Source of the DNA: Tubulanus polymorphus
Taxonomy: Eukaryota; Animalia; Nemertea
Direction of reading: 5' to 3'
NCBI RefSeq assembly: GCF_964204645.1
Contig: NC_134028.1
Span: 21,696,345-21,760,344 of the forward strand
DNA length: 64,000 nt
Positions within the stretch are counted from its first letter, which is position 1. Each line of letters opens with the position of its first letter. Below are positions 50,999-63,369 of this stretch, in pieces. Made by a program: the position numbers and the translations under genes. The notes beneath the pieces are model-generated. The model ran no database searches, had not been told where the DNA came from, and saw nothing but the letters and a program-made list of their open reading frames with translations.

Positions 50999-52888
50999 CT
51001 AACGCGCTATTCTTGTGTGCGCACTGCCTTGGTATGTATGACCAACATCAATGAAGCAATCACGAAATTGCCTGTGGATGATATCAGGATGTAGAATGTG
51101 TTCACCGCCGATATTTGCTATGCATTCGTCAGTTTGAAACGAACACATTCCATGATTGTATTTTCCGACCAGAGTTGTAAAATGAGCAGCTGAATAGGAT
51201 GATTGCGTAATCGGTACGAGTTGAGTCTCTTCGAATGAGTGACCATTAGAGCATTCAATACGCATCGTGGCATTTACTTCATTTTTATCCAGTTTGTATT
51301 GAGCTACCGTGCCGTACATCAGCGCTGCACCCGGGCCCCACCACTCTGACCATTTTTCATGCATCGCACCAGTTCCAATGGTCTTAGTGTTAGTCTCACT
51401 TGCCAAGACTGTTTTCGTGTGTCCAGCTGTACCAGATACAGCTACACTTACCGAACTACCGCTACCCAGGAAATTTGCAGATGCTGTAACTTTTGTCTCG
51501 ATTTTTCCCTCGTACGTCCACGAATTTCCTTTTGTCAAAGTGAAGCCTATTGCATCTTGCACTAGTCTACTCGCCTGTAATGCTAGTCTGTTCTTTGTAT
51601 CATTTCTACAGTTGTGACTGGTTGCTAATCCAATGACGGAAATCGTATCCAAAGCCAAATTTATACTATCTGATATGGTCATTTGTTTAGCCACGCATAT
51701 TGCATACTTGCACGTTTTCACTTTCCAGATGCGGTCGCTGTAACAAAAATCCATATATAATGTGGACATGCATATTTTCCGTTATTTCAAGGCAAGAAAA
51801 GCAAATTTCATTTTTATCAAATGAATATTCAGAATGAATTTCGGTTCCAATAGGCAAGTTATTGTCCAGATGTGTTATTTGTCGGTTGATGATTGAAAAG
51901 GAATAAAGTGTATCTGTAACTAATAAGAAGAAAAATCAATTGCTTTTTCTGAAGGCATTGTCTTTTCTAACGCGTACCAATGACTGTCACTGTATTGGCT
52001 CCACATATTCGTAATGCCCCTTCCATCGCCAATTTCATGGTCGAATGGATTGTCATAGTTAGCCAGCGTAGCGGTCCATCGACAGTCGGTACCAGGTTCT
52101 GTAACCACCTGAAAGTGTTATATACGAATAGATAAACGTTTCAGGGGGCGGTTTAATGGATCGATGATTGTCGTTAGATAGACATTTTATGTAATGTTGG
52201 AAATACCCAATCTAACATATTGTAATTGAAATGATGATTGAAATGCGTGGAAGGAATTGAGAAGGGAGACTTAAGTGGGAATTATACACAGGGGTTTGGC
52301 GAAATAAAATCCAAGCCCATCGCCAAACCCCTGTGGAATTATATACATCTTTTCATGATGACTGAAGAAAAAAGCGAATTGAGGAAATCAAATTGAATCA
52401 ATGGGATTTTTTATGACATCGAATGAATTGTGCGAGTGTTTTAATCACCTTAATGACTCATGTCAAACGTTAACCCAAGACTTATGAACTGGTTACAGAT
52501 AATGTATAAATGACTTAAATGCTAAATTGTGACGTACCTTACAACATCTGAATTGCCAAACTCGGTCCTCTTCATTATCTCTGTGGTAGCTCCAAACTCC
52601 CACTAGAAGTCCTCCATCTGGGCAGGTGAAATCTATCGTTCTTCTCATCACCGTAGGATTTCCAACAAGCCCGCAATCTTTCCCTCTGCCTACGAGGCCA
52701 CTGTTTTTACATTCGAAGTACCATCTTCTGTCCTCCTTATCATCATCGTGTTCACTTTTAATTCTAGTGATATGCGAGCCGGGTGGACAGGTGAAGTCCA
52801 ATCTCTTATCGTACTCATTCATCCAATTTACCGCGTCATTGTTGCAAATTAATGCAGCAATAAGTACCATCAAGATTAGCATAAACAT
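50999..52888 (-). CDS. Gene A3: dermatopontin + aerolysin-like protein, 406 aa
   Basis: Exons 52888-52538, 52108-51978 and 51737-50999, in frame, canonical splice sites. Confidence 0.87.
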
Positions 52889-53395
52889 CTGAAGAACATC
52901 AAAGAATTATTCTGAGCAAGATTCTTTTTACTCACGAGAAAAAATAAGCAAATCAATCAGTGTCTATTAAAATTGGATAGGAAGGATTCGAAATAATCGA
53001 GCAGCGAGTGGTAGGTGTATTTTGGTGTATATATTCATAAATTGTCCTTTCATTCATCTTAACTCGTAACTTTTCACATTAAGCCAAATGAATGGAGCAG
53101 CAACTCACCTCTCAGTCACTCGTGTGCGCTGATCTTTGTCTAAATGAAACCGTTTATACCGAATAGAAATGACACCGAACTCCTCGCACAAGTCTTCGAA
53201 ATTATACATATGTTGTCTGCAATTTCCCTCGAATGTCTAGACCAAGAAAATTCATATTTCACCAACGTGTCGACAATTGATCTCTCGGGTTTATTCAACG
53301 GTTCTTTTTACTCAGGTTCAACGGTTTTTTCTCATGTGTTGCGACAAAATGTGTTCGCGGTCAAATTGACAATTTGCGAACTTTATCTCAATATA

Positions 53396-54159
53396 CAGGG
53401 TGTCTCAAAAATGCGTTACCGTAGCTTAAAGATTAATTATTCATTAACTGTAATTGAAATAGATTTTTGCAGGTTAAGTTGGTAGACCTGGATGGGAAGG
53501 AATGTTTAAATGCGATTAATAAGTCATCATGCATGGCTGAGCGTACCATGTTTTTGAAATGGTCCTTAAAAAATGGAGTCGAACCATTACAAGAAATAAT
53601 GATTATTACATTATATACGTTTATTTATTGATGAATGTTCCGTTGCCACTTCACATAATTTTAGGCCAGATAATTTAATCAACTGAAGCAGATTTCTACT
53701 TGATAAAATTGTTGGTCCTAATTATTGATTAAGCTTCTCTGGGACTTGTTCAATATCATCACCATATTTACCAATTCACAATTAAGCTCAACGTTGAATT
53801 TTGACACATCAGATTCAATATTTTTCAAAATCTGATACTCTCCGAACACTAACTCCTTGATTCCTGCTGATAGTTTTCTATATTACTTGCTTTTTACATT
53901 TCCCGACAGGAAAAACGTTGCAAGGAGTGAAATACAATGATTTAGTGATTCTAAATCAATTTTCCGACAGGCAGCTGGTCATTTAAACATAAACGTACAC
54001 AATAGAACAATCCCCAAATTTGGTTCGACGCCATTCTAATGGCCATTACAAACATGCTGGTGCTCAGCCATGCATGACTTCTTTTTGCATTTCAACATAT
54101 CATTCTCAAATAGAAACAGGAAACTTCTTTATTAGTAACACATTTTTTGACAGACCCTG
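53396..54159. mobile_element. Tc1/mariner-type non-autonomous element in the A3/B3 spacer
   Basis: TA|CAGGGTGTCTCAAAAATGCGTTAC ... GTAACACATTTTTTGACAGACCCTG|TA; the empty site TCTCAATATACGGTAAC is present in unit 1 (~20946-20962). Confidence 0.85.
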
Positions 54160-55026
54160 TATACGGTAACTCATCATTCTTGACGGACATCTGCTATCGG
54201 TTAATTGATTGTATATAAAATGAAAGTCTGTCGTGCACATCAAGAAATAAACTAGATATACGAAATAGATTTCTGTTTATATGGTTCCGGAAGTGGGTGA
54301 CAAAACCAAGAACATCCCGTTTTGTCCTGTTATCTTTTGTTATGTCTCCTCGTGTTCGTAATGTCGCCATTTTCATGTCGTGAACTCGTTGGCGTATGGC
54401 TCGAATCAGCCACCATAATTGATAAATTGTCACGAGGAAGATATAAAACTGTTTGTTTTTCAATCTTTAGTGTGTTCCCATCTCTAAATATCGTCAAATC
54501 ACATAATATGTTCACCTCCATGCATAAAAAAAAATCAGAAAGCATGAAATTCAAAGTGCAAAGAAAGACTTTCTGGAGTTGGATTCCACTGACATGTGTT
54601 TGTTAGTGTGTTCGGATTGACGTTGAACTTTGATATTCAAGTTGCACGCCTGTTGATAAAACGTAAAATTATCCTCAGACACAATTGAAATGAACACCGC
54701 GCACATGGTGCAATTCTCAAAACAATGAGAAGACTTTGCATAATGAATATTCACTTTCAACTCATTTCGACAGAGAACGTTCTCGGTATCACTAAAGGTA
54801 AGCGAACGTACCGCACGATCCTTCTAAAACAATTTCTCCAAGTGAATAAAGTCAACAGTATCCAAGTGACGAATTGAAAATGAATGATATTAGTCGCATA
54901 TAAGATTTAAGAGCAAGATATAGAAGAATCTTATCTAAACGTCCAAGTTTTTTGGTTTTTCATCTTTCTCGACATTTTTCATACTGAACTTTTATTCTTG
55001 ACTCTCATTGATTGCAATTTACAGTT

Positions 55027-58000
55027 ATGATTCCAAGCCTGTCTCACGTTTGGGCTACAATTTTCGCAGTTATTTTTTGCTGCGGAATTATTTCGGCCTG
55101 GGTTGTCAGTTCGTACGACACCAAGTTCGATTTCGCATGTAAAGATGGTGAACACATATACTCAATCGAGAGCAAACACGCTAATAGCAAAGAAGACAGA
55201 TTGTGGAGTTTTCTGTGCCGCCCGGGTTACGTTTCTACAGATTGTGCCTTCACCGTACACCACGTCAATAGTTATTACAATGGTCTAGACTACAAGTGCC
55301 CCGATAATACAATAATCACAGGTGTCTCAAGCGAACACAAGGATAGGGATAGAATTTGGAAATATAGATGCTGTAAGGTTAGTTAACGCGATAGCCACAT
55401 TTAGATTTATATACATGTATGTACCCTATCTGTATAAATGCTACACATTTGTATTATTATACGATTCTTTAAAGTCTATGAAGTCTATGTTGTATCAGTC
55501 TATGAAGTGTTGATTACCAACGACAATTTAACAATTAATATTTGTTGCAATGACGTAAAGGATAGATTATTTCTATCCATCTTCAGAGATTGATATAGAA
55601 TAAATCTTGACATTTTAGTTTTTAACCTCCATATTTGGATTCTTTGAGATACAAATGGTTTATTTGAAATTTCAGTTGAATACACTTCCTGGCACGGATT
55701 GCTATTCGACAAATCATATCAACCACGGTGATGAACATTTCTTGTACGAAATCCCATATGACGAGTCAATCGTTGGATTTAAGAGCGATTACGATGACCC
55801 TACAAGGTACGTAGCAAAGTGTTCAAGAGTAAGAATATATAAACAATAGGTCAAAATCGAGTCATGACAATTCGCAATCTGAATGTACTCAACTCATCAA
55901 CGATTATCCACAGGGGAGATTCAGTAGGTCAACGGTATGTATTGGAAGATAATAAAAAGGCACCATAATCATGCCCCTAAAAACGAGTAATTTCATACTA
56001 TCTGAAATTATGAGGCACTTATTGTGATGTGTTTAAGATTTTTTCGTAGGCCTTTTAAACTCTAAAAAAATACACTTCAAAAAACGGGAACTATCGGATT
56101 GCCCGGATCTTTTAATAGAAAATAGATAGAATTGGTAGAAGGATTATACACATAACTACGTCAGATCAATGAATATTTGCTGAAAGCCGTTAGTCGTAAT
56201 ATTGTGGACCTGGTTTCATGATATATACGATCAGTTTGTTTGTCGTTTAGATACTATACCCTATGGTATACGACGGGACCACGCGGCCTTTGACGAGTTG
56301 CCCGCGCACTGTACGCAGCCAGCAGGACTCGAACCCATTTGTCGCTCCTGACAGTGAATGCAACTGCATTATACCCCTTATCATACAGACGAGAGGCTGC
56401 TTTCAATTTGTTACCGATGTTCATTTCGAATTTGTCATATCCACGTTGATACAAAACTAATTCAATTATAAACTCCTAGAAAATGCTTTAACAAATATAT
56501 GTTCCCATACTTCCTCAATATCAAAGACAATACAATACGCGCATTCTGTCGAATCTTACAGGGATCGCCGTTGGATCATCCATATATGCAGATTTACCAC
56601 TTGCCACGCAACAAAAATGAAGGTCCTTGATTTCGTAGTTCCAAAATTCGTCGGAATTCGAAGAATAGGTCAGACCACGGGCACAAATTGCGCAAACAAC
56701 AGTCTCGATATGGTTACACTGGAAGGAAGTCAATCAAGCGCAGAGACGACAACAATCAGCGATTCTGAATCAAAAACCTGGACCTACGGCAGATCAATAA
56801 CAGTTACAGCTAGTATAAAAGCTGGTTTCTTGGGAAATGCTGGCGCAGTAGCTTTTTCTGCATCATTATCATCGAAAAATGCAAATACAAAAGGCAAGGT
56901 TAACATAACATCACACGTCGAAACAAATACAAACAAGGCAACTGATAGATTAGAATACCGCGGGCCAGCATCGGGCTTAATCATAGCTACTGCTAAGCTG
57001 TATACATTCGACAGAAGTTCCGTAAACGTAGAGCTTGATATAACTTGTGAGGATGGTACAGAGTTTAAAGAGAGGAAAAAAGTCGCATTAAGCCAAAGTG
57101 TTTACTCTGGTGTACACTTTTCCAAAGAGACTGGATTTTACAATCCACGACGATGTCAACCACATAATCCCTGTCTTTACGCGTTACAGAACGGTTTAAG
57201 CGAGTCAGAACCATTCGGGATCACTCGAAAATTCCAAGACTGTTTTAAAAATGGTGTTGGACATACCACGTTGAAAGATGATTATACACACGGTAAATTT
57301 CCATTCCATATTCCAAGGGGCTAGCTGCTCAAAAGTTGGTTCAAATTATTAATCGGTTATGCTCTTGGTTATGGTTGCAATGCAGTCCTATGCACTATGT
57401 CAACTATCCGCAACTGGCCCCAGGGTTTTAAAGCTACTCGGAAGATTCCTCTTTCTACTTATTGCGTATATGTATACCGTCTTACATTGAAACTATCAAT
57501 TTCTATTTACAGTACCTGGTTATATCGGTTGTTACGCGGACAAATGGAATCCAAGAGATTTGTCCGGGGAGGTTTTGATAAGCAACAATTTAACCATTGA
57601 GATGTGTAAAACATTCTGTGGTTCGAAAGGTAGGCGTTTCGTTTTTAATGTGTTGTCTTGAGTTTTCGTCTTACCAGCTGCGTATTGCAATCAAATGCGA
57701 GTTTGATAGAATTTAAGATGAGAAACCCCGATGACATTAATCGTTACATTTTTATCATGGCTCCATTGATGGGCCGGCCAATTTATTTTTTGCTTATCTA
57801 TCGAATAAGATATTTGGTATCATCAACATCAATTTAATTGGTGATCTATTATCGGGTACATGGCATAGTATGATAAATAGCAGAATAGTTCTGTTTGGTG
57901 GATGATTCAGGCCATGATAAAAAAATAACATGAGACACAATCTCCATAATGTTTTTTAATTAGCGCGAAAAATCTGTTTAGATCTTTTGAGTTGGTGTCT

Positions 58001-60143
58001 CTTAAAGACCTACCACACCTGCTGGGAGCAAAACAGAGCCATTGATTCTGTAATCGGAAATCGAAGAATCTGTTTTGACGCTACATTGTCTACTGTTTCT
58101 GCCAACATTGATTTAGATTACGAAAGTTGAATTGAAAAGATTCGAATTAACCGCATAGCAATATTGACTCGAACTGTCAGACACAACGATATTTCGTATC
58201 GTTCATCGTTCTTTATCGTTCCTACAATGTTTCAAATGGTTTTCTACAGGCAGAAGATTTGCCGGGTTGCAATTTTCTAACGAATGTTATTGCGGTGACA
58301 GTTATGGCAAATACGGGAAGAAATCACAATCCGAATGTAATAGGGCGTGTGTAGCGGAACCGAGGAAAAAATGTGGAGGCGCGAATAGAAACTCAATCTA
58401 TGAAGTACTTCCCGATTATCTAGGTTGCTCCATCGACAATATTGATAATAAAGATTTGTCAATAAAGTATGCAACAACATCGAAAAGTGTCAATTTGAAA
58501 AAGTGTTTAGAGTATTGCCGGTCGTCGGGTGAGTAGACCGAAACATCCAGGGATCAGTTAACCAAAGCTTGTTTGGAGTTACTTTGATAACTAAACAAGC
58601 TGATGGAAAAGACCGAATCGATAAATTTCTACCTAAAATTTGCAAAACCTGACTGTCACCAAATATTAAAAATATAAAGTTCATTCACAGGTTACAGTTT
58701 TGCTGGTTTGCAATACAACGATAAGTTTCAAAAAGTTGATTGTCGCTGTGGAAATAGCTATGGCAAATATGGTGGAACATCACTGAAAAATTGCGATGTA
58801 CCAAACCCAGAAAACGATAAAGAAAAATACGGACGAGTCGGTTTTAATTCCATCTACAAAGTCTACCCTAGTTATGTCGGTTGTTATAAATCGAGTGGAG
58901 GCCAGGAAGATAAATGTATTTACATTGGTTGTTACGAAGATGTTATCAGTGATAGGGATCTGCTAGATAGATGGAAAACAACGGCCCCAATGGATACAGG
59001 AAAATGTTTAACTGAATGTCGATCAAGAGGTAAATACATACGTAGACGGTGCCATTACAGAAAAAAAAAACAGTTTAGAAGCAGCAATATTCGTTTTCAA
59101 AAGTTACATTAAAACTTGACTATGTATTGTGAAACGAAAAGCCCCTTTTCTTTAGATGTTTGTCCTAGGTTGTGAAATGAAGGTGATATGATTATTTTAT
59201 TATGACAATGATGTTAATTATCATTACTAAGATAATGATCATTATCTAAATGGCCCCCTTTCCAAATGTGAAAATGATGGGAATGAACTTTAAACTGCAT
59301 TCATTTTCATCAAAATTCAAAATCTTTTTTTCTCCATTACAAACATATTACACAACTATACAATAATCATCAACGATGCGAGATGAGCCAAGTTGGCTGT
59401 ACGCAAATACAGGGTTCTGTACCCGTGTGGTAAACTAACATTAACACTAATAACATTTCAATTATATTTAGGTTACGTATACGCGGGTTTACAGTATAGT
59501 GAGGCATGTTTCTGTGGTAGGAGCTACGGTAAACATGGAGGAAGGAGAGCAGAGTCTGAATGCGGCTTGATATGCACTGGTAATATTCATCAAATGTGTG
59601 GCGGTTTCAGTAGAAACTCTATCTACCTTTGCTCTAGAGATAAAATGTCAGTTGATAAATGTATCAATTGGTGTCGAGGTTTTAGCACCAACGGTAAGCT
59701 CTTCTTACAGAGAAAAAGGGATTTAACAGCCCTCTAGCCCAATCAACCTAGATGCAATAGCTAATTTATTTTTGAATTCGGAAGAGAAGCCAGCGTCATA
59801 TAGAAATTAGATAGTTGATATGATGATGTGCATCTCCTTGATTCATTATAATACAAAACAAATATTATACAAAACAGAATCATGGGGATCACAGAGGAAT
59901 CATAAGGCTGAAATATGTGAGGAACTAGTCTCAATGTATGATATATTTGTCTTTCTAGATTTCCGATATGTTTACGCTAAACTTTCTGAAGGTAATCGAT
60001 GTACATGCGCCACAAAATCAGACTCTCGTAGAGGGACACTACTAGCTACTGGCAAATGCACTAAACCATGCGACGGTGATAAAAACCAAATCTGTGGTGG
60101 TGACGGCAAACATTCTATTTATAAGATACAAGAAACTCTCTAA
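55027..60143 (+). CDS. Gene B3: dermatopontin + aerolysin-like + 4 WSC protein, 784 aa, intact
   Basis: Exons 55027-55377, 55676-55806, 56562-57292, 57513-57629, 58250-58528, 58691-59029, 59472-59693 and 59959-60143; same exon lengths as B1. Confidence 0.87.
56250..56400 (-). mobile_element. tRNA-derived SINE-like remnant in a B intron (also ~25520-25640 and ~39750-39875)
   Basis: B-box-like GGGTTCGAGTCC on the - strand; degenerate copies at the same intron position in B1 and B2. Confidence 0.4.
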
Positions 60144-61364
60144 ACTACAGTATGCCTGGGGAAAATTTACATACGGTACTTAAATGGTTCGGACATACTT
60201 GATTTGCTTCTGAAAGTCAAATATAAAACCTCATCCAATTGAAAGAATAAAATAGATTACAGAAATCAGTTTTTTTGAGTTACAATGTATTTTCATGGTA
60301 CGAGGCTCCAGTAATTTCTAATAGCCTACTTGGGAGTAAGTTTGCGTTTGCTTTTCGTCCATCGTCCATCTGACCGTCCATTCTTCTATTTATATTGGTA
60401 CCTGTATGCATATTATGTACCCGCAATCGAATTGCAAAAGTATAGATCATGACACGCTCTATCTTTATGGTGAGCTTCAAGGTCATTGGTTGCTGTATAT
60501 GTTCACCAGGAGGCGTTGAAAAGCAGAATAACAAAGTATTTCCGGATATATTGGTAGCCATGCATATTTCATAACCAAAATCAATTGCAGAATTGTAGCT
60601 CATGACAAGCTCTGTGATAATGATAAGCTTGAAGCTCATTGATTTTATGTATTAATTCACGAGCGGGTGTTGAATGTTGAATTGTCAGACTTTCAAGCAT
60701 TTCTCGGGCAACAGGATAGGGCAATGATGTCCCCAGACCCCTAGTTTTCTTTTGTGCATAGAGCTTTTCTTTTGAACATAGAGCGTATTGGATAATGGCC
60801 TTAAACTGACATTCTTGAGAGTTCATAAGGATATTTCGTAGAGACTCATTGGCCGAAGAGGTGCTGCCGATCAAGAACACCATTGAAGTATATAGGGACA
60901 TAACAGTTCGGTCGCAGGATAATAGGTAGAAAACCAAACTGTTTTTCCCTTGATTCTTAGTAACCGAAATCCCTTATGTCAAGAAAGGCAGTATCGGAAT
61001 TGCTCAGAGACATGCTCACTCCATACGACTTATCATCGTCGAAAGCTCAAGTCCCGTTGAGATATACCTCTCTGGGTTGGTTCACCGATAAAGCGATATT
61101 CGCGTTGCAAAATAATGGTATAAACGAATTCGTTCGAATCTTATCTGTGATATCTGGCGGAGTGTAATCGCCAGTCAACTATGGTTAAATATTTGGACTA
61201 ATGTTTGAGAAGATTTTTAAAATAATGCGAGAATAAAATATTGTTGTGGTCTTAAAGCCAGTGTTTTAGTTTTACATGACACACTAATTTAACCGCTTTT
61301 AAAGCCACCAATGCGTCAGAAAAATTGAATTTGAAAATAACACATTTTGAAGTTCTGGTACGGT

Positions 61365-61806
61365 ACTGTTTCCACCAATTGTTATGGTTCTCCAGCGATT
61401 GATGGTTGCTGAGTGTCTACCAGTGTTGTGTGCAGTGTTGGTAAATCTTCTTACTTTGTTGGTATACATCTCACACGCGTATAATCCGCTTTGTAAAACA
61501 ACTCGAACTACTTCTTACTACTAAGTCTCTCTAGCCATCTTTCTTTTCTCTTCACCGAAGGTATACATTCTATCTATGCAGCTCTTGCTTTTCCTTCTTT
61601 TCTGACTACAATATCTTCCCAAAGCATAACTGAGACTCCTCTAAAACCTATCTAAACTAAAAACCCTCCCGTTTATATCGTTTTACTTAACGTGTTCAGG
61701 CCCTTTACCGGACATGGTTTTATATTCACGGATTGTGACGTATGAATACGTCACAACATTCTACCAACCCATGTATGGAGTGTTAACGTACCCAAACACG
61801 TCACAA
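61365..61806 (-). mobile_element. Partial LTR, inverted relative to 48815-49497
   Basis: 61715-61806 is the reverse complement of ~49185-49275 (TACGTTAACACTCCATACATGGGT, TGTGACGTAT..ATACGTCACAATCCGTGAATA). Confidence 0.6.
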
Positions 61807-62454
61807 TATTTTAATAAAGGACCAATGGTCCAGTGGCTCACCAAACTGGTGTGAAGTAAAAAATCTGTCACGTAGGCTACCGGTATGCAAAAAAATCATT
61901 TCATTGAAAATGAAACAAGAAAAAAATATATAAAAAAGGACTCAATTTTGGTCAGTGTGAACTTTTAATGATAACTGACTTTTAACCAGAATGAAATCTT
62001 CGAAAAATTGATTATGGGCCTTTTGTCTGAACAAATGTTCATAATTTCAATACATCCAATGAATGACGTAAAACAACCAAAACTATGAGTGACCCGATAA
62101 GATACGGTAAAAACTTGGTGAAAGCCTGGGTTTCATCGGAGCTGTTTCATTTTTATCATACGGACCAATCAGGACAGAAGCTCCCAATTTCTTCAAATTT
62201 GAGGCCAGTGCCGGTTACTGACGAAACAAAGTTTATCGACTGACGTGATTTTTGATAATTTCACGATAGGATTGCTTTAAGTAGCTTACACCTTCGCGCG
62301 ACCTGCACCGTGGCGCGCGTACTCTATAACTGATACAAACACGCAGTGAACACGAGAGTATAAGGCTATATTGCCTAAATTTTTAAACTGTCTAAACTAC
62401 TAAACTACCACCCAACAGTTCCCAATTACGTACATTTGAGACATTCAGATAATC

Positions 62455-62930
62455 CCCTGTCACCCAGTCATCCAGCCGACGAGTCATCCAGTAATCCTGT
62501 CGACTAGTCATCCAGTAATGCTGTCGACTAGTCATCCAGTCGTCCAGTCACCCTGTTATCCCTGATACTTAGTCGTCCAGTCATTCAGTCACCCTGTAAT
62601 CCAGTCGATAGTCCTCCAGTCGACTAGTCACCCAGTCGCCCAGTCATACAGTAGACTAGTCTTCCAGTCGACTAGTAATACAGTCGTCCAGCTGCAAGTA
62701 GTTGTAAAATTATGTGCGTATAGTGTCTACTTTCAACCGTCCTGTACACAGTCATCACCTAACTGATGTATATGGTGCCTACAGTCAACCGTCCTGTACA
62801 GTCATCACCTAACAGATGTATATTTTCTCTACTGTCAACCGTCCTGTACATTCATCACCTAACTGGTGTGTAGAATTTCTACTGTCAACCGTCCTGTAAA
62901 TCAGTTAAGTAATGACTGGTATGTAGGGTT
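62455..62930. repeat. Composite repeat: 8-mer array followed by 45-bp array
   Basis: CCAGTCAT/CTAGTC array at 62455-62692, then about 4 x 45-bp units at 62720-62930. Confidence 0.85.
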
Positions 62931-63369
62931 TCGCTTCTCATGATCTGTAGAATAAGTTATTTATCGAGGATCTATTTTCCCTGGACACTTTTTAATACGC
63001 TTTCATATTTCGACTTGCGCACTTATACATTTCTAAATACCCCGATTTTCTTAAAAATCAACTCTACACATTGCACTATATGCCGTATATCGGACTTGAG
63101 CCAAAATGTGGAATATATAAGTCGGCAGGGCACGCGATAATCCGAAGTACCGAATCATTCCAGCAAAATACATGCGGTATTTCATCTATTGTGTAGCTTT
63201 GTATGTTTATTTATCAGCAGTTTTGTAACATTAATTGAAATAAGAAATGCACAATTCCAATCACATTAGCAAGAAATGAGTAGAACTTATGCATGCATGT
63301 TGTAACTTTATTTTCAACGTTAGCCCACGGAGCCAAAAACCACCAACATCGGTAGCTGTGTTTAGAAGA

